Source: Candidatus Syntropharchaeum butanivorans
GTDB taxonomy: Archaea > Halobacteriota > Syntropharchaeia > Syntropharchaeales > Syntropharchaeaceae
Assembly: GCA_001766825.1 (NCBI GenBank)
Contig: LYOR01000002.1
Location: 61,810-125,809, forward strand
Length of the DNA stretch: 64,000 nucleotides
Reading direction: 5' to 3'
Every line of letters begins with the position of its first letter. The stretch's first letter is position 1. Position numbers and translations under genes: made by a program. Below, one piece after another: positions 59,922 through 64,000 of the stretch. Below the pieces are notes generated by a model. The model had not been told where the DNA came from. It saw only the letters and a program-made list of their open reading frames with translations, and searched no databases.

Positions 59922-60800
59922 TTAAGGATGTGATCCTAACTTCACCCTCGAGTGTGTAATTCGCGTCATCCCAACGTCTCCAAACTCTTCAAGCACCGAT
60001 CTCACCCTCTCCCCTCCGACGGCAAATACAACGTCACCAAGCATCGCCATGGATGCCATACCTCCCACAGATTCAACAGCCTCGATCACATCCCTGGCCC
60101 TATCGCTCAAAAGTCCAGTTTCACGCGCAAAATTTCTTGAAAGCTCCATGAATCTTGAAAAAGTAGGTTTTTTCAGGATCTCTCTCAGAGCAACTCGTCC
60201 GGCGTGGTTTATCGCACGTACTGTATCTCTATCACCCAGAATTTCCCTTGTTGAGAGGTTCCCGAGGACAAGATAAAAGACCTTATAATCACAGGAGGGG
60301 ATCGTATCAATTTCACCCACACCAGGTGCTCCTGGCCTCTTCCTTATGACAACCCCGCCTCTGGATGCTGCAACAACATCCCCCAGTCCGGTCATCTCCT
60401 CAACCTCTGCTATGTGAGCGATCTGAGATAGTTCAACCCCGCTTCTTCCAAGATTCAGCAGTTCATTGAGTGCAAAGGCTGATGCGAGTGCAGATGCAGC
60501 AGATGCCCCAAAACCAGCACCAATCGGTGTTTGATGATAACACTCAACCCTGACAGGGCGATCTGATAACATCCTCACGACACGCATCGTGGTTCTTGCA
60601 TCAACTTCAGTACCATTGACCAGGATCTCAAACTCACCCCCGAAGGATGCAATCACGTTGCAACCTGCCTCAAGCACGATCCCACACCCGCATGAGCCGC
60701 TCACAAGTGGATCTTGCTCCCGGTGTATGCTGAAGAAGCCTGTTATATGCGATGGAGCCCACGCCTGAGCAACCCTCTCACTCTGGTTCACTCCCTCCAT
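59922..60800 (-). CDS. Pantoate kinase (GHMP family)
   Basis: PSHITGFF, GSCGCG, PIGAGFGASAA, TGLGDV. Confidence 0.88.
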   Translation of the reverse strand: MEGVNQSERVAQAWAPSHITGFFSIHREQDPLVSGSCGCGIVLEAGCNVIASFGGEFEILVNGTEVDARTTMRVVRMLSDRPVRVECYHQTPIGAGFGASAASALASAFALNELLNLGRSGVELSQIAHIAEVEEMTGLGDVVAASRGGVVIRKRPGAPGVGEIDTIPSCDYKVFYLVLGNLSTREILGDRDTVRAINHAGRVALREILKKPTFSRFMELSRNFARETGLLSDRARDVIEAVESVGGMASMAMLGDVVFAVGGERVRSVLEEFGDVGMTRITHSRVKLGSHP

Positions 60801-61374
60801 CCCCCTTCAGTCTGTAATAGATAACTCCAAGAATAACTCCGATAAGTGCAACTCCAAGTGTGATCCATTCGAAGTGATGGGTGAGAAAATCAAGTAGCTC
60901 ATCACCGTAAAGAAAGAGAATTACCCCTTCAGTCATGAACCTGATCCCCCTTCCGATTGCAGATGCGAGAATGAACCTCCTGAGGTCGACGTAGAATACC
61001 CCTGATGCAATCGTGAAGACCTTGTACGGGATTGGGGTAAGACCCGCGATGCCCACGGCCCATACCTCGTACCGGTTAAAATATTCGTGGACTTTCTCAA
61101 TCTTTTCTTTTGAGATAATCCGCTCAAGTAACGGCTCTCCAATCTTGTACCCTATCCAGTACCCGAATATCCCTCCCATAACAGAGCCGATCGTTGCGAT
61201 AGCACCATAAAAAATCCCATTCTGGGGGGAGAGGAGAGCAAGCCCTATCAGGAGCAGATCAGGGGGCACAACAAAGAACGAGGATTCGATAAATGCAAGC
61301 AGAAAGAGGCCTGATGGTCCATAAGGCTCAAGAGCTGCGATTGTCCAGTTGACAAGATCCATTCCCAGAGACAT
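60778..61374 (-). CDS. YqaA/DedA (VTT-domain) membrane protein
   Basis: AFIESSFFVVPPD, TPIPYKVFTI, GRGIRF. Confidence 0.92.
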   Translation of the reverse strand: MSLGMDLVNWTIAALEPYGPSGLFLLAFIESSFFVVPPDLLLIGLALLSPQNGIFYGAIATIGSVMGGIFGYWIGYKIGEPLLERIISKEKIEKVHEYFNRYEVWAVGIAGLTPIPYKVFTIASGVFYVDLRRFILASAIGRGIRFMTEGVILFLYGDELLDFLTHHFEWITLGVALIGVILGVIYYRLKGDGGSEPE

Positions 61375-61381
61375 CCTTCAA

Positions 61382-61945
61382 TCAGTTGAGCCTGAGTTCA
61401 AGCTTCCTGACTTCAAGTGTTATTCCATTTCCCTTTAATATGACCGTGACCTCGTAATCACCTGCAAGACTCACCCCTTCAATCTCCCGTTCCGTTCTGA
61501 AGCTTGCAGCAAGTGTACCGATCTCACCTGGATTGACGTTAACAGAGTATGTACGCCTGGTCGTACTTGTTCGCTGGTCCTCGGTCATCGTCCTCAGGGC
61601 TAACCTCCCGAGGGTAGAATCAAGCCGCTCGCAGTACGCCCTGATTATCACCTCCTCTTGCGTGATGGGCACCACACCTGTATTCTTAAACTTAAGCTCG
61701 ACATTTATCGTATCCCCCGCGTTATAACCTGGTTTATCAAAATCGATTGAAACAATTCTCCCGCTCACATCAGATGAGCCTGATGAGCCTGTACTCTCTC
61801 CCATATCAGAGGTTGTCTTTTGGGTGGGGTTTTTCGAGTTATCAACCCCCTCATCATGTGGAGACATGACCAAAAATGCTCCTGCCGTTATTGAGACTAA
61901 CACAGCTACAAGAAATAGAATCGGCTTTCTTCTACCATGTGCCAT
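61382..61945 (-). CDS. Membrane-anchored protein with Ser-rich linker and Ig-like domain
   Basis: N-terminal hydrophobic helix, FKNTG..PG beta-strand pattern. Confidence 0.65.
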   Translation of the reverse strand: MAHGRRKPILFLVAVLVSITAGAFLVMSPHDEGVDNSKNPTQKTTSDMGESTGSSGSSDVSGRIVSIDFDKPGYNAGDTINVELKFKNTGVVPITQEEVIIRAYCERLDSTLGRLALRTMTEDQRTSTTRRTYSVNVNPGEIGTLAASFRTEREIEGVSLAGDYEVTVILKGNGITLEVRKLELRLN

Positions 61946-62040
61946 GATGATAACTTTTCTTTACCCGATATTTATCTTTTGACCTGATACCTTTCAGCTA
62001 TTTTCTTCATTTTTAGATGAGAGAGTAAGTAACAGAGGGG

Positions 62041-62095
62041 AAAACAGGGACGATGGAGGGGTCGGTGTCAGTGGTACTTATTCCTGGGAGGGGGT
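62041..62095. repeat. Degenerate fragment of the MITE-like repeat
   Basis: AAAACAGGG..GTGTCAGTGGTACTTATT..GGGAGGGGGT. Confidence 0.5.
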
Positions 62096-62107
62096 CTGTC
62101 ACAGGAA

Positions 62108-62587
<480 letters not shown>

Positions 62588-62642
62588 TTATGGGATCTTA
62601 AAGGTATGCTTGTGAATGGAATACTCTTCTGTTCTGAAATTC

Positions 62643-62850
62643 AAAAACCCCCACCTCAAGATCCCATCAAATTAACAAGCAGATCAAAAATCCCCTCTAC
62701 ACAGGCTTTCTGATAAGCCTGCGGTGATGATGATACTAACCCTGCGGACCAGAAAGGAAAAAACAGGGGGTGAGGGAGGGGGATTAAGAGGGACTGGTCT
62801 CAGTGGCACTTATTTTTGACCTGTGTGGGGAGGGGGTAAATCAAAATTCT
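62643..62850. mobile_element. MITE-like element, copy C (no hairpin cassette)
   Basis: Colinear with copy B minus 54329-54464; right end TCAAAATTCTC followed by TTAA. Confidence 0.7.
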
Positions 62851-63057
62851 CTTAAAGATAACGGTTGTGCATATGATGATCTATCTATGTTGTTGAAGTG
62901 CTTTGCTACCAGCTCCCGTATTTTTATATCATAGGAGTCGGGATTATTTCCTGGGTTCATGAGGTTCACCTCACCCCCTTGCAATACCAGGAGGTGGATC
63001 CCATAAGTTCAATAAGGTTTTCTCCAAAGCTATATATTCTATTGCTCCCCATTCAGG

Positions 63058-63444
63058 ATGATGATCAGAGGGTTGGTAAATAAGATAATTCCCCCCCTTC
63101 TGGCAGCATCTGTGCTTGCGGTGTTTATTGTCACAATCGCATCTGGCATCAGGTATATCGCGCTGAACGGCGCACCTTTTAATTCCCCCTACATTCTCCT
63201 GATACTTGCGGTGATGTTTGTAACAGGCTCTGTACTCCTGGGCCATGAGAACGATCTTAAAGCGATCGTAAGGGGGAGTGTATTCTCAGTCCTCACGTCA
63301 TTTCTCATTGTGGCACTCATCGGTGGTGTGGTGAGCTTTGTCGAGGATCCCCCTGTGTTCAGTCTGCTTATATCCGCCATATCGATATGTATGATCGTAT
63401 CAGCAATTATTCTGAGGGTGTTTATCGGATTTACTTCCTCTTGA
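63058..63444 (+). CDS. Hypothetical 4-TM membrane protein
   Basis: Four hydrophobic segments. Confidence 0.65.
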   Translation: MMIRGLVNKIIPPLLAASVLAVFIVTIASGIRYIALNGAPFNSPYILLILAVMFVTGSVLLGHENDLKAIVRGSVFSVLTSFLIVALIGGVVSFVEDPPVFSLLISAISICMIVSAIILRVFIGFTSS

Positions 63445-63898
63445 GACTTACAATATCTCCGAGTGTTAATCTCCTCTCAACTCGCTTTCGCCGAGGGTTT
63501 GCCTCTTCTATCCCTTCCGTCAGCTTGATGGATAATACAGACTCAAGCTTTCTCCTCAGGGCGTCATCTGGTCTTATATCCTCCCTTTCAACTTTTTTTA
63601 TCAACGATTCCCGTTCGTTTATCCGCTTTGCCAGCTCCTCGCATGACCACCCTTTCTCTTCCCGTGCCTTACGAACTTTTGTTCCATAGTCGAGAACAAG
63701 CTCATCGACAATCTCATCGAATATACTCCGTCTCCCCTTCTTTTTGTCCTTCATGCCGGAAAATATGCGCTTAGACCCCTCTTCGTCAAGTACTGTACCG
63801 TATCGCAGGCAGTTAGCACACACCGTAAGTTCAGATCCCTCTATTAGAATACGATAACTCTTTCCGATAATCTCGGATCCACACATCTCACACTGCAT
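63431..63898 (-). CDS. Multiprotein bridging factor aMBF1
   Basis: CEMCG..VCANC Zn ribbon, Cro-like HTH, LTLGDIV. Confidence 0.93.
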   Translation of the reverse strand: MQCEMCGSEIIGKSYRILIEGSELTVCANCLRYGTVLDEEGSKRIFSGMKDKKKGRRSIFDEIVDELVLDYGTKVRKAREEKGWSCEELAKRINERESLIKKVEREDIRPDDALRRKLESVLSIKLTEGIEEANPRRKRVERRLTLGDIVSLKRK

Positions 63899-64000
63899 AC
63901 AATCGATCAATCCTCCCTGCTCCATTTATTCCTTGGTGGCAAAAAAAGCTATTTATATCTTTGAGAATTATTAAAATTATGCAAAGGGGGGAAGATTCTT

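Overview
Archaeal chromosomal segment. The gene content points to a methanogen-related or anaerobic alkane-oxidiser lineage (Methanosarcinia/Syntropharchaeia-like): fwdDBAC, MtaA-like methyltransferase, afpA, short nifB, aglB, aIF2-gamma, archaeal ribC, CCA-less tRNAs. This taxonomy is inference only. Left to right: (1) the formylmethanofuran dehydrogenase operon; (2) a methyltransferase/Fe-S cluster and nreA; (3) an uncharacterised 4-gene cassette ending at tRNA-Cys, made of three paralogous helix/beta-hairpin modules (one fused to two PASTA domains) plus an I9-like small protein; (4) purF; (5) a complete [NiFe]-hydrogenase locus whose subunits resemble group 1h (Hhy) enzymes, with Thermococcales-type HypA/HypB; (6) leuB, a Cas4-like nuclease, an APH-like kinase and mre11; (7) a serine recombinase, rpl10e, tRNA-Thr and an IS481 remnant; (8) a ~9 kb oxidative-stress/metal cluster with many decayed genes; (9) nfu-sufC-sufBD-afpA-nifB, aglB, arlIJ and housekeeping genes; (10) a second IS481 remnant, a dispersed MITE-like repeat carrying modular mini-hairpin cassettes, a pseudogenised amtB-glnK and an Asn-synthetase/Dph6 fusion. 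No CRISPR array or rRNA was seen. All family assignments come from motif recognition, not database searches.
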